Sequence record: OP889247.1
Reading direction: 5' to 3' (one strand)
DNA length: 64,000 nt
Shown here piece by piece: positions 17,595-25,898 of the stretch (the first letter of the stretch is position 1; each line of letters starts with the position of its first letter). Below the pieces are notes generated by a model, which made no database searches, had not been told where the DNA came from, and worked only from the letters and a program-made list of their open reading frames with translations. A program made the translations under genes and the position numbers.

Positions 17595-19148
17595 ATGTCT
17601 ATTTTGACCGAACAAACATTTACCAATAAAGAAGAAACCAGAAAGATCGTTGATGAAGTAATCCAAATGGCGTATGAATCGGTTTGTAGCACCATGGGTC
17701 CAAACGGTTCTTATGCTGTTATCAATCAGCTCAATAAACCGAAACTCACTAAAGATGGTGTATCGGTCGCTAAGGCGCTGGACTTCAACGAAGCTCGTCG
17801 TAATCTCATCGCTGATGTGATCAAAGAACCTTCTATCAAAACCGATCTGGAAGTCGGTGACGGTACCACCACTACTGTATTCCTGACTTACAATCTTTAC
17901 AAAATGTTTAAAAACAAAATGAGTTTCGGTCAAACTCGTTTTGTGGACAAGCTTGTTAAAGAAGCGATAGAAGAGATCAATAAACTGATCATCCCAGGTG
18001 ATATTCATTCTGATACATTCCGCAAGATGTTGATGACAACTTCTAACTACGAATCAGAAATCGTAGATAAGGTATTGGAGATTTATCAAACTCATGATAA
18101 TCCCAACATCCGTTTGGAAAACTGTCCGACTCTTCCTGCTGATCAGATTGTGGAAACCAAGGAGATTCTGTTCCCTGGTAATTATGGTAAAGATATCTTT
18201 ACTCCCCCGCATCCTGGTATTTTGAATGTTCCTCTGGAAGCTATGTGTCCGGTAGTGATCATTGATGGTGTTGTTAATATGATTGCTGTTAACAAACTCG
18301 TTGCTGCCTTTACCGGTTATAAGAACGTGGTAATGTTTGCACGCAGTTTTGAACCTATTGCTCTGAGTGCTCTGCAATCTATTAATGGTCAAGGTACTAC
18401 TAAGTTTATTCCGTTCAAAGTAGAAGCTGCTGGTTCGCTTGGTAGCAACATTCTATCTGAACTGGGTAAACTGGTTGGCATTACTCCTGTTGTAGGTGTA
18501 GAAGAGATCTATGAGCGTGAAACAGTAGAATTGGCTACATGTTCATTTATCCTCACTACCCAAGGTGTTATGTTCACTAAGGAAGATCCGGCTATTAGTA
18601 AAGTAGCTGAAGAGATTCTTTCTGAACTTGTACCTCGTTATGAGAAGATGAATGCCATTGACAAACAAACTCCAATTGGGTTGTCTTTGTTCACTCGTAT
18701 CTCTCGTTTGCGTGCTAACAATGTAACGATCAAAGTAACTGGTACTGTTCCATCAGAAGCTACTGAACGTTACTACCGTTATGAAGATGCAATGAAGGCA
18801 GCTAAGACTGGTTCTATTTATGGCATCCTCCCTGGTATCGGTTGGGCTTATTTGACTGTAGCTCAAACATTGCTGGAGAAGTATAACCAGATGGAATTGA
18901 GTACAGAGCAAGAAGAGTTAGTACTTGACTTTACCTCAGTACTTACTCAACCTTATCTTCACCTTACTGGTAATACACTGGAGAATATCAAATTCCTTGA
19001 TCTGGTAACAGGTGAGGAAGAAGACATTCCTACTAGTGTGTTTGATAATGCTGCTGCTACCATGACAGCTTTGACTGGTGGTTGGGCTTGCTGTAAGACA
19101 CTGGCTAAGATTAATAACATTATGGGTCGTTCTAGTAAATCGTATTAA
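17595..19148 (+). CDS. groEL: phage-encoded GroEL-like chaperonin
   Basis: TMGPNG, TKDGVSVAK, VGDGTTTT, EDAMKAAK, GILPGIG; 517 aa, no GGM tail. Confidence 0.9.
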   Translation: MSILTEQTFTNKEETRKIVDEVIQMAYESVCSTMGPNGSYAVINQLNKPKLTKDGVSVAKALDFNEARRNLIADVIKEPSIKTDLEVGDGTTTTVFLTYNLYKMFKNKMSFGQTRFVDKLVKEAIEEINKLIIPGDIHSDTFRKMLMTTSNYESEIVDKVLEIYQTHDNPNIRLENCPTLPADQIVETKEILFPGNYGKDIFTPPHPGILNVPLEAMCPVVIIDGVVNMIAVNKLVAAFTGYKNVVMFARSFEPIALSALQSINGQGTTKFIPFKVEAAGSLGSNILSELGKLVGITPVVGVEEIYERETVELATCSFILTTQGVMFTKEDPAISKVAEEILSELVPRYEKMNAIDKQTPIGLSLFTRISRLRANNVTIKVTGTVPSEATERYYRYEDAMKAAKTGSIYGILPGIGWAYLTVAQTLLEKYNQMELSTEQEELVLDFTSVLTQPYLHLTGNTLENIKFLDLVTGEEEDIPTSVFDNAAATMTALTGGWACCKTLAKINNIMGRSSKSY

Positions 19149-19158
19149 TGCGGGGTTT

Positions 19159-19190
19159 GATGGGGGAGATTCAACTCCCCCATCCTTTTT
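19159..19190 (+). terminator. Rho-independent terminator
   Basis: GATGGGGGAG-ATTCAA-CTCCCCCATC then CTTTTT. Confidence 0.8.
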
Positions 19191-19208
19191 ATAAACTGTT
19201 ATTTATTT

Positions 19209-19481
19209 TTGTGTGAGGAAATGAAAATGAATATAGCGGCAAGGCGTAGAGCTAACTTATTGAGCAATACTAATCTGATACTAATGGTTAGTTTAGTTTT
19301 TATAGCTGGCGTGATGACATTAGTTAAGAGTGATCACTTTGGTTTATTTTTATTTATTTTTACTATACTTAGAGTTGGACAAATGCTCTTTACTGATATC
19401 CAATGGGTAATAAGTCCTATGACGATGTTTATTATTGTCTGCGCGGCAATAGGTAATGTCATAGGGTATTTTCTTCTTTAA
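19209..19481 (+). CDS. small membrane protein (3 TM)
   Basis: Mostly hydrophobic; true start probably an internal ATG after the GAGGA SD. Confidence 0.7.
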   Translation: MCEEMKMNIAARRRANLLSNTNLILMVSLVFIAGVMTLVKSDHFGLFLFIFTILRVGQMLFTDIQWVISPMTMFIIVCAAIGNVIGYFLL

Positions 19482-19493
19482 GGGAATAAAGAA

Positions 19494-19772
19494 ATGAACT
19501 GTAGTGTAGAATTAAAAGTAATTAAAAACGATTTCCTTAATTGGTTAGAAAATAATCTATTAAACTTTATCTTGACTATTATAGCAGCTGGATTAGTTGG
19601 CATTTTAGCCTACTATTATGTTCCTTATCACATCGGAACTGTCTACGGACCTTTCTCAATAGTAGCTTTAGTTATTCAAGGATATAAGTCTAATTATATA
19701 TTTCATCCATTAATGTTTCTTATTTGGATAATCGCGGTAATTTGCGAAGTTACTAGAATCTTCATTATTTAG
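19494..19772 (+). CDS. small membrane protein (3 TM)
   Basis: 92 aa, three hydrophobic segments, AGGGA SD. Confidence 0.7.
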   Translation: MNCSVELKVIKNDFLNWLENNLLNFILTIIAAGLVGILAYYYVPYHIGTVYGPFSIVALVIQGYKSNYIFHPLMFLIWIIAVICEVTRIFII

Positions 19773-19798
19773 ATTAATAACTTATAAAGGATAAAATA

Positions 19799-20473
19799 AT
19801 GGCTAAAAAGGTTTACTTGCAATATGGTTGCATGAACAGTTCTAAAACTGCTAGTTTGATTATGACACATTTCAATTATCGGGAACAGGGTCAAAACCCG
19901 ATGATTCTAAAACCTAGTATTGATAACCGAGAAGGTACTGAACCTCTAGTAAAGTGTCGCGCTGGTTTATCAGCTAGTGCTACTATCTTCTCTCAAACAG
20001 ATAACTTGTTCTTTCTAGCGGCTCGACTAGCTGGTGCTAAAGACACTGATTTCAATCGATATAACAAATTTGAAACCGAGATTGAGTCTGAGCATGAGCA
20101 AAAGGTTCGCTTTGGTAAAAGCTTTGATAAAACAGTTGATTGTTTCCTCATTGATGAGATTCAATTCCTCACGCTGGAACAAGTTAAACAACTTACTGAT
20201 ATTGCAGATTACCTTGACATCCCAGTAATGTGTTTTGGTCTTCGTAATGATTTCCAATCTAATCCTTTCCCTGCTTCCGCTTATCTTCAAGCCAATGCTG
20301 AGGAGTTAAAAGAAACTAAAGGTATGTGTTTCTGTAAGCGTAAAGCAACACACGTTCTTCGAGTAGATGATGAAGGTAAAGTGATTAAGGAAGGTGAACA
20401 GATCTGTGTTGGCGGGGAAGATAGATACCTCTCGGTATGTCGTTTCCACTGGAAGGCAGGTATTTACCGATAA
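19799..20473 (+). CDS. tdk: thymidine kinase
   Basis: YGCMNSSKT P-loop, LIDEIQF, FGLRNDF, Zn lasso CFC...CRFH. Confidence 0.92.
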   Translation: MAKKVYLQYGCMNSSKTASLIMTHFNYREQGQNPMILKPSIDNREGTEPLVKCRAGLSASATIFSQTDNLFFLAARLAGAKDTDFNRYNKFETEIESEHEQKVRFGKSFDKTVDCFLIDEIQFLTLEQVKQLTDIADYLDIPVMCFGLRNDFQSNPFPASAYLQANAEELKETKGMCFCKRKATHVLRVDDEGKVIKEGEQICVGGEDRYLSVCRFHWKAGIYR

Positions 20474-20484
20474 CATTTAAGATC

Positions 20485-20515
20485 CATAGATTTTCAAACC
20501 TATATTACTAGAGTG
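20485..20515 (+). promoter_or_regulatory. phage promoter motif, probably early/vRNAP
   Basis: CATAGATTTTCAAACCTATATTACTAGAGTG, contains exact TATATTAC. Confidence 0.75.
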
Positions 20516-20561
20516 ATAAATAGAAGAGATAATTTTAATCTCTTCTTTAGCTTAACCAAAT

Positions 20562-21002
20562 ATGGGAATGAACATCATGAACACTGTAAACACTGAAGCT
20601 CTGAAAGCCGCTGTAAACACTTCCTCTATCCTGGGTCAAATGGATACTGATCAGAACTCCTTCGCTCAGATGGTTGAAGTAAGTAAGAACGAAGCCCTGC
20701 TGGGTGAGAACACCAATATCGCTGCCGCCCTGGCTGGTGTTGGTTTGGCCGTTGGTCTGGAACTGGTTTCCAGCAATGGTAACAAACTCTCTGCCGCTGT
20801 AGCGGGTGTAACCGGTGGCGCTGCTGTATATGCAGCTAAAGACGCACTGCGCGGGTATCAGTCTACTGGCACAGCTGTAGTAGCAGGTCTGGTTGCTTAC
20901 AAACTGTCAGCAATGGCTGGACGCGGAATTGCAAGCTACTTCCCGAAAGTGAATGTAGTAGAACGCGTCATCGAAGTTCCGGTGCAGGTTAATGCCGAGT
21001 AA
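20562..21002 (+). CDS. Gly/Ala-rich (glycine-zipper-like) membrane protein
   Basis: LAGVGLAVG, VAGVTGGAAV, VVAGLVAY hydrophobic helices; codon choice (CTG, GCT, AAC) suggests high expression. Confidence 0.75.
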   Translation: MGMNIMNTVNTEALKAAVNTSSILGQMDTDQNSFAQMVEVSKNEALLGENTNIAAALAGVGLAVGLELVSSNGNKLSAAVAGVTGGAAVYAAKDALRGYQSTGTAVVAGLVAYKLSAMAGRGIASYFPKVNVVERVIEVPVQVNAE

Positions 21003-21022
21003 GGATCCTTCGGGGTCCTTAC

Positions 21023-21049
21023 AATAAACCCCAATGGGGTTTATTTTTT
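21023..21049 (+). terminator. Rho-independent terminator, preceded by a TTCG-loop hairpin at 21003-21018
   Basis: AATAAACCCC-AAT-GGGGTTTATT then TTTT. Confidence 0.75.
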
Positions 21050-21124
21050 GTTTCAAAGATACTATGAACTTGGGATAACGTAATAGTTTCCCTCATTTTT
21101 ATTTTGTTTATAAAGGATAAATTT

Positions 21125-21904
21125 ATGGCTCAGCTTATTGATCCTCGTCAGTACTTTCTGAACATTATCGCTAAATCCCGTTTGGCTAGTGCACAGCAAA
21201 CTGGTGTACAACTTCAAATGGATATCGCTAAAGGTCGTTACGAAGATCTGGATATCAGTGAAGTTGTATTTGGTGAAGAACAGTTTGATCAAGAAACTGG
21301 TGAGTGGAAAGTAGACATCGCTTGTAAAGGCCGTAGCTACATGCTAGAAGGTGTTAAGTATCGTTCCGGTACTCTCGCTCCTATGATCAAAGCAAACGCT
21401 GTAGAAGCAGCTGGAGAGCTTCTGGAGATCACTACCCCAGGGTTCTACCTGTTTAATGATCAACTCTATCTCCTTGCTCACAAAACTATGGAAGTATCTG
21501 AGCTACTTGCCTGGACTGGGTATGAGATCACTGAGAAACATTACTCAGTAGTTGAGCATGAACAGCGGGACGAAGTTACTAAAGCTGATGCAGAGATCGA
21601 CGTAGAATATAGTTTCCTTAAAGGTAAACTGTTTGTAACTTATATCGACTCCATTCCTTCTACTCCGGCAATTGATCTTGAAACTGTTGGTATGGATCAC
21701 GACGTTGCTAAACTGGAAGAAGCTCAGCTTGAGCATAAAGATGAAGTAGTTACTGAAGAAGTTGTTCAAGATGAAGTTGTATCTGAAGAACCAGTAACTG
21801 AAGAAGATACCAGTGTTGTAGAAGCTGAACCTGTACAGGAAGAGAAAGTACAAGCTCCTGTTCAACAAGTTCAAGAAAACCGTAAAGGTAATAAACGTCG
21901 CTAA
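21125..21904 (+). CDS. hypothetical protein, DP..G..RY module plus acidic low-complexity tail
   Basis: QLIDP...AKGRYEDL matches family; E/V-rich C-terminus; ATG 21125 after AAGGA SD. Confidence 0.75.
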   Translation: MAQLIDPRQYFLNIIAKSRLASAQQTGVQLQMDIAKGRYEDLDISEVVFGEEQFDQETGEWKVDIACKGRSYMLEGVKYRSGTLAPMIKANAVEAAGELLEITTPGFYLFNDQLYLLAHKTMEVSELLAWTGYEITEKHYSVVEHEQRDEVTKADAEIDVEYSFLKGKLFVTYIDSIPSTPAIDLETVGMDHDVAKLEEAQLEHKDEVVTEEVVQDEVVSEEPVTEEDTSVVEAEPVQEEKVQAPVQQVQENRKGNKRR

Positions 21905-21916
21905 GACTTTCTAATC

Positions 21917-21946
21917 GAACCTCTTAGCCAATTGGCTAAGAGGTTC
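21917..21946. terminator. perfect 30-bp palindrome after stop codon
   Basis: GAACCTCTTAGCCAATTGGCTAAGAGGTTC. Confidence 0.7.
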
Positions 21947-21991
21947 ATTCCTTCTTTATAATAACAAATTTACGGGACTATTTTCTTTGTT

Positions 21992-22023
21992 CTATAATTT
22001 TTGAGATAGATATTATTTAAGTG
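21992..22023 (+). promoter_or_regulatory. phage promoter motif (GAGATAG variant)
   Basis: CTATAATTTTTGAGATAGATATTATTTAAGTG; 26 nt identical to 36759 copy. Confidence 0.7.
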
Positions 22024-22071
22024 TTATTACGGCATGATCTTCACTTAAGTATAGAAAAGAGAGAATAGAAA

Positions 22072-22737
22072 ATGATTATGATAAATGAAAAAACAATTGC
22101 AAATGCTTTAGCTTTAAGTATTAGTCAAGTAGAATATAAAGACGATCCCCGTTTATATCTCTACGAAGTTAATCAAGTTCTTAATCGTTATAAAACGAAT
22201 CTGTATAAACTAATGGATGAGTCAAAATCCAATATCGATCCCGCTACTGTTATTCAGTTTGTACTTCGTAGTTCTGTCGATATTAGTGGCCAGGGTAATG
22301 TAGTAAACCTGGTCAGAAAGAACAGTACAATGTTGAAGGTTTATGGTACACGTGCTTATGGTCCAGAGGTATACGTGGAATATGAGCCATTCCAATGTGC
22401 TATTGACATTACAGATAAGTTTCATTCAGAAGCTTTGGCGCAAATTCGTGACGATCTGTTCTTAAGAGAAACTGGTAATGAAAAACGTCCAGCTTGGCAC
22501 ACCTGTAATAACGCAATGTTGGAACATCCGGATATTCTAGAATCAAGAATGTCAATTGGATTTCAATTGATCAAATCTGGTCACACTGATGGCTGTTTAT
22601 CTATTCTTATGTCTGGTATTATTTACCCTGAAGAACTAGAGAAAGGACGGATGAGATGTCCTATGCAATTTGATCCTGGTGAACCAAAACGTAATCAGAA
22701 ACAACGTAAACCGGATGCTTATTACCTTACTGCTTAA
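22072..22737 (+). CDS. hypothetical protein
   Basis: 221-aa ORF after promoter motif. Confidence 0.75.
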   Translation: MIMINEKTIANALALSISQVEYKDDPRLYLYEVNQVLNRYKTNLYKLMDESKSNIDPATVIQFVLRSSVDISGQGNVVNLVRKNSTMLKVYGTRAYGPEVYVEYEPFQCAIDITDKFHSEALAQIRDDLFLRETGNEKRPAWHTCNNAMLEHPDILESRMSIGFQLIKSGHTDGCLSILMSGIIYPEELEKGRMRCPMQFDPGEPKRNQKQRKPDAYYLTA

Positions 22738-22764
22738 TACAATAATAAAATCTAGGGATAAACA

Positions 22765-23352
22765 ATGAAGCAAGATGTTTCTATTAAGAATACAATTACC
22801 GAATTGAGTACTGAGAACTCCGGCTTTTATGGAGTTAGATTTGGTGCTTTGGGAGAACCTTATATTACGTTTTACAAGGATCGATTTAACGTATTATGTT
22901 TCGATGCTAAAACGTGTAGCAAGGTATTTGGGTTTATTCATCGCACTACAGCAATTACAATTGAGATCTCTTGTCAAACTCTGAAAGTTAATTTCTTTTC
23001 TAAAGGGTCTGAACAAGGAATAAGTTTTGCAATAACCATTAATGACACTGATTACACAACACGTAAAATGAGTACTTCAGACACTCTTATTTTGATTAAG
23101 AGGGAGTTGATATCCAACTGTATGGATAAGTTGTTAGAACTTCCCTCACGTCGTCGTAAGGCGTTATGTTCGCTGCTCTGGTTGATAAACGATGAACATG
23201 TTACTAAGTACAAGATAGGACCGCGATATAAACTTATCAAACATCGTGGAAGACTTAGATTGTTATTTGGTGATAGCATCGCATCAGATGTTAACTGTAT
23301 GGAAGAGTTGACTAAAGATATGTTTGTTCATCAATATCCCGATTGTGTATAA
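22765..23352 (+). CDS. hypothetical protein
   Basis: 195-aa ORF, AGGGA SD. Confidence 0.75.
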   Translation: MKQDVSIKNTITELSTENSGFYGVRFGALGEPYITFYKDRFNVLCFDAKTCSKVFGFIHRTTAITIEISCQTLKVNFFSKGSEQGISFAITINDTDYTTRKMSTSDTLILIKRELISNCMDKLLELPSRRRKALCSLLWLINDEHVTKYKIGPRYKLIKHRGRLRLLFGDSIASDVNCMEELTKDMFVHQYPDCV

Positions 23353-23362
23353 GAGAAATAAT

Positions 23363-23392
23363 CCCTCTACTATCCCTAGGGATAGTAGAGGG
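23363..23392. terminator. perfect 30-bp palindrome at convergent junction
   Basis: CCCTCTACTATCCCTAGGGATAGTAGAGGG. Confidence 0.75.
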
Positions 23393-23401
23393 TAGTTTAC
23401 T

Positions 23402-24037
23402 TTAAGGATTTGTTTGACCAGTAATGGTTGCTTCTAACTCTTTAATATAAGTTTGAAGCTCACTAATGGTTTTATTAGCTTCTGCCAATTTAATCGTGTC
23501 ACTAGGTTCTTCAGTGATTTGTAATTGGCGAGAACGTTCCCAGTTCTCAGCTGTTTCTCTACTAACATATCCGCGAGTAGGAATAGTACCTAAAGTAGTA
23601 TTAGGTTCTTTAATTCCAACACTCTCTTTAATATAGTTATTGATATGTTCGATAGCTACATTAAGTCGATCTTTCATAGAAGGAGGACAAGGACCTAAGC
23701 TTACGATTAAAGCTAGGTTCTCGTAAATAACGCCATCTAAAAGAGGGATGCTTTTAAGAAAGGTAGAGAGTACGTATACTGGACCTCTTCCTCTACTAGT
23801 TAAAGAAACTACAACTGCTTTGTTGTCAATAGCAGTTTGGATCTCTTGCTGTGTTTGCTCAGTGGTATATCCAGCTGGTTGGAACACAGTAGCGAAAAGA
23901 TCTATGTTTAAAGCTTGCATCTCAGGAAGAGTTCTAACAGCTTCCACTGTATAGAAGACTTCTGGATTAACAACTTTATCATAAGGAACATTGGCAACAA
24001 ATTTACCAGCTGATCTGATAGATGGAATGTTATTCAT
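23402..24037 (-). CDS. conserved phiKZ-like protein, probably virion structural
   Basis: 211 aa, coupled to upstream 444-aa gene, C-terminal coiled coil; role inferred from position in core block. Confidence 0.5.
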   Translation of the reverse strand: MNNIPSIRSAGKFVANVPYDKVVNPEVFYTVEAVRTLPEMQALNIDLFATVFQPAGYTTEQTQQEIQTAIDNKAVVVSLTSRGRGPVYVLSTFLKSIPLLDGVIYENLALIVSLGPCPPSMKDRLNVAIEHINNYIKESVGIKEPNTTLGTIPTRGYVSRETAENWERSRQLQITEEPSDTIKLAEANKTISELQTYIKELEATITGQTNP

Positions 24038-25364
24038 CGATCAACCCATCCTGTACAAATTGGTATCGTGAGATCATAGTCAATTTAACCTTACTAGAAC
24101 GTTTGCTCAAGTAAAGACGTTTGTTCTTGATAACACGTTGAATACCTTGTGGTGGTAGTGAGTTAGGAGTAACTACTTCACCTGCTGCTAACAACGCTTC
24201 CAGATCTTTAATAAGTAAAGCAGTTTCTTTACTCATCATTCCAGCTTGAGAATCGGAACTTGGAATGAGTTGATAATCAGAGAAGATATTAGTCAGAAGG
24301 ATTCGTCCATCACTGTTGGTGGGTTTCCCCACTACACCTAGTTTAGCTGATTTATACAAGTGTGGAACGATTTGCAGCGATTTTATGATGTCGCTCTGAG
24401 GATAAAAGTCCGCATACTTCTTCGGAAGCACGTCTCCACCTTGGTGGGTGAATATAGGACTGTAAGTGGATCCAAGTGCAGTTTCATTAATCAAACCCAA
24501 TTCATTCCAATACGGGACTACGACAAACTCAAGTGGATTGAACAAATCAGGAATAACTTCTTCCCATTTAGTTTCAGGATACACAGAGTTAGCCAGAATT
24601 TGTTTACGAATCTCTTCGTAAGTTTCTTCTTCTGCGTCGTTAGGATTACCGTAGTAAATCACTGTCCAGTACGCAGTATTCTTTTGTGGTTTGTTGATTA
24701 GATCATAAACATCAAAAGGAAGTACAATACGACGAGTATATGGATCTTGACTACCAACCAAATCGTACACACGTTGTTCGATCTTGTCAGTGGTTTCTTC
24801 TGCTAAGCGATTTTGCACTTCTTTATAGTTGTGCTCAGCAAAGTAGTCAATGCCACCAATTGGAAGGGGGTGAATTACATAGATTTCTCGGTACGGGAAT
24901 TCACTTTCAAAACTACTATTTGCAAACCAGATTTTGAACTCATGAATCACACCACCTACTTCGTAAGTGAAGCTGATACTTGAGGGTAACCAGATGGCGT
25001 TGTTAGTTACCATCTTAGCCACATCTTTCCACACCCAACCCTGAGTATAGTTCGTTTGTAGAGCCTGCAAACACGCTTGTGAGTTTTCAGACAAGTTTCC
25101 TTTCTTGGCTTCTTCATAGAGCCAATTAATCATTGTCAACACAGGGGTAGCGTGAGTGCTAGGAATTTTCTCATAACGAACATCTGGATTTGCTTGGTTA
25201 ACACCTCGAAAACCTACCAGTTGACAAGGCTGATTATTCAAGTAGTAGTAATCCGGAGACTTAGCATAGGTTTTGGTCTCGTTGGTCAACTCTCCAAGTG
25301 GAGATGTTGAACCATTGAGTACCAGTTCAGTAATAGTGGTAAAACAGCTAAAAAGAGTTGACAT
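24030..25364 (-). CDS. conserved phiKZ-like protein, probably virion structural
   Basis: 444-aa ORF in core block beside RNase H-like gene; role inferred from synteny. Confidence 0.5.
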   Translation of the reverse strand: MSTLFSCFTTITELVLNGSTSPLGELTNETKTYAKSPDYYYLNNQPCQLVGFRGVNQANPDVRYEKIPSTHATPVLTMINWLYEEAKKGNLSENSQACLQALQTNYTQGWVWKDVAKMVTNNAIWLPSSISFTYEVGGVIHEFKIWFANSSFESEFPYREIYVIHPLPIGGIDYFAEHNYKEVQNRLAEETTDKIEQRVYDLVGSQDPYTRRIVLPFDVYDLINKPQKNTAYWTVIYYGNPNDAEEETYEEIRKQILANSVYPETKWEEVIPDLFNPLEFVVVPYWNELGLINETALGSTYSPIFTHQGGDVLPKKYADFYPQSDIIKSLQIVPHLYKSAKLGVVGKPTNSDGRILLTNIFSDYQLIPSSDSQAGMMSKETALLIKDLEALLAAGEVVTPNSLPPQGIQRVIKNKRLYLSKRSSKVKLTMISRYQFVQDGLIDE

Positions 25365-25386
25365 AGTTGACCTTTAAGCGTATAAT
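25358..25386 (+). promoter_or_regulatory. perfect sigma70 consensus promoter sequence
   Basis: TTGACA(25358-63)-17 nt-TATAAT(25381-86) upstream of 25413; -35 overlaps the divergent start codon; activity unproven. Confidence 0.4.
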
Positions 25387-25412
25387 GTTGGTAGTTAATA
25401 AAATGGTGGGCA

Positions 25413-25832
25413 GTGGCGATGCTGATTATATTGCGAGCCCTGGTTAATCGGTGGATTGACCATTTGATGCATGGGACTACGGGTGAAGTCTCTTTAAAAC
25501 GATTGCGTCAATTGTTACTGCGTTCAATTGTCATTGCGATAAGTGCAATCACCTTTAGTATAGGATTGACGGTACGATCTCTCATTTGGTATTTGGATTC
25601 TAGAACAATGGAACAGTCGATCAGGAAGATTGATGTACATCTTGTTCAACAACAAGAGAACATCAATGACCTGTTTCGTATTAACAGTGAACAACACAAA
25701 GCAAGTGTCAGGCTTACGTCTGAGAACATTGAGTTGAAAAACGACGTGTTCACACTGCTTCGTAAGAACAAAGAACTCGACCAAGAAGTAAAAAAGCTAA
25801 AGGAAGAGTTACTCACTCAAACCAAAACTTAA
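25413..25832 (+). CDS. membrane-anchored coiled-coil protein
   Basis: One TM (IVIAISAITFSIGLTV...) followed by heptad-rich region. Confidence 0.7.
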   Translation: MAMLIILRALVNRWIDHLMHGTTGEVSLKRLRQLLLRSIVIAISAITFSIGLTVRSLIWYLDSRTMEQSIRKIDVHLVQQQENINDLFRINSEQHKASVRLTSENIELKNDVFTLLRKNKELDQEVKKLKEELLTQTKT

Positions 25833-25898
25833 GAGAGGTGATTTAAGACTACACTTGCCATCAGTTGTCTAAAAGTAAACCAACGTACAGGGAACATT

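Noticed and set aside
19149-19190. tRNA-like T-loop (GATTCAACTCCC)
   Set aside because: No cloverleaf, D-arm or anticodon arm; it is the loop of a hairpin with a U-tract after groEL.
25413-25832. Holin or spanin call for the TM/coiled-coil ORF
   Set aside because: No adjacent lipoprotein partner or lysin, and topology alone is not diagnostic.
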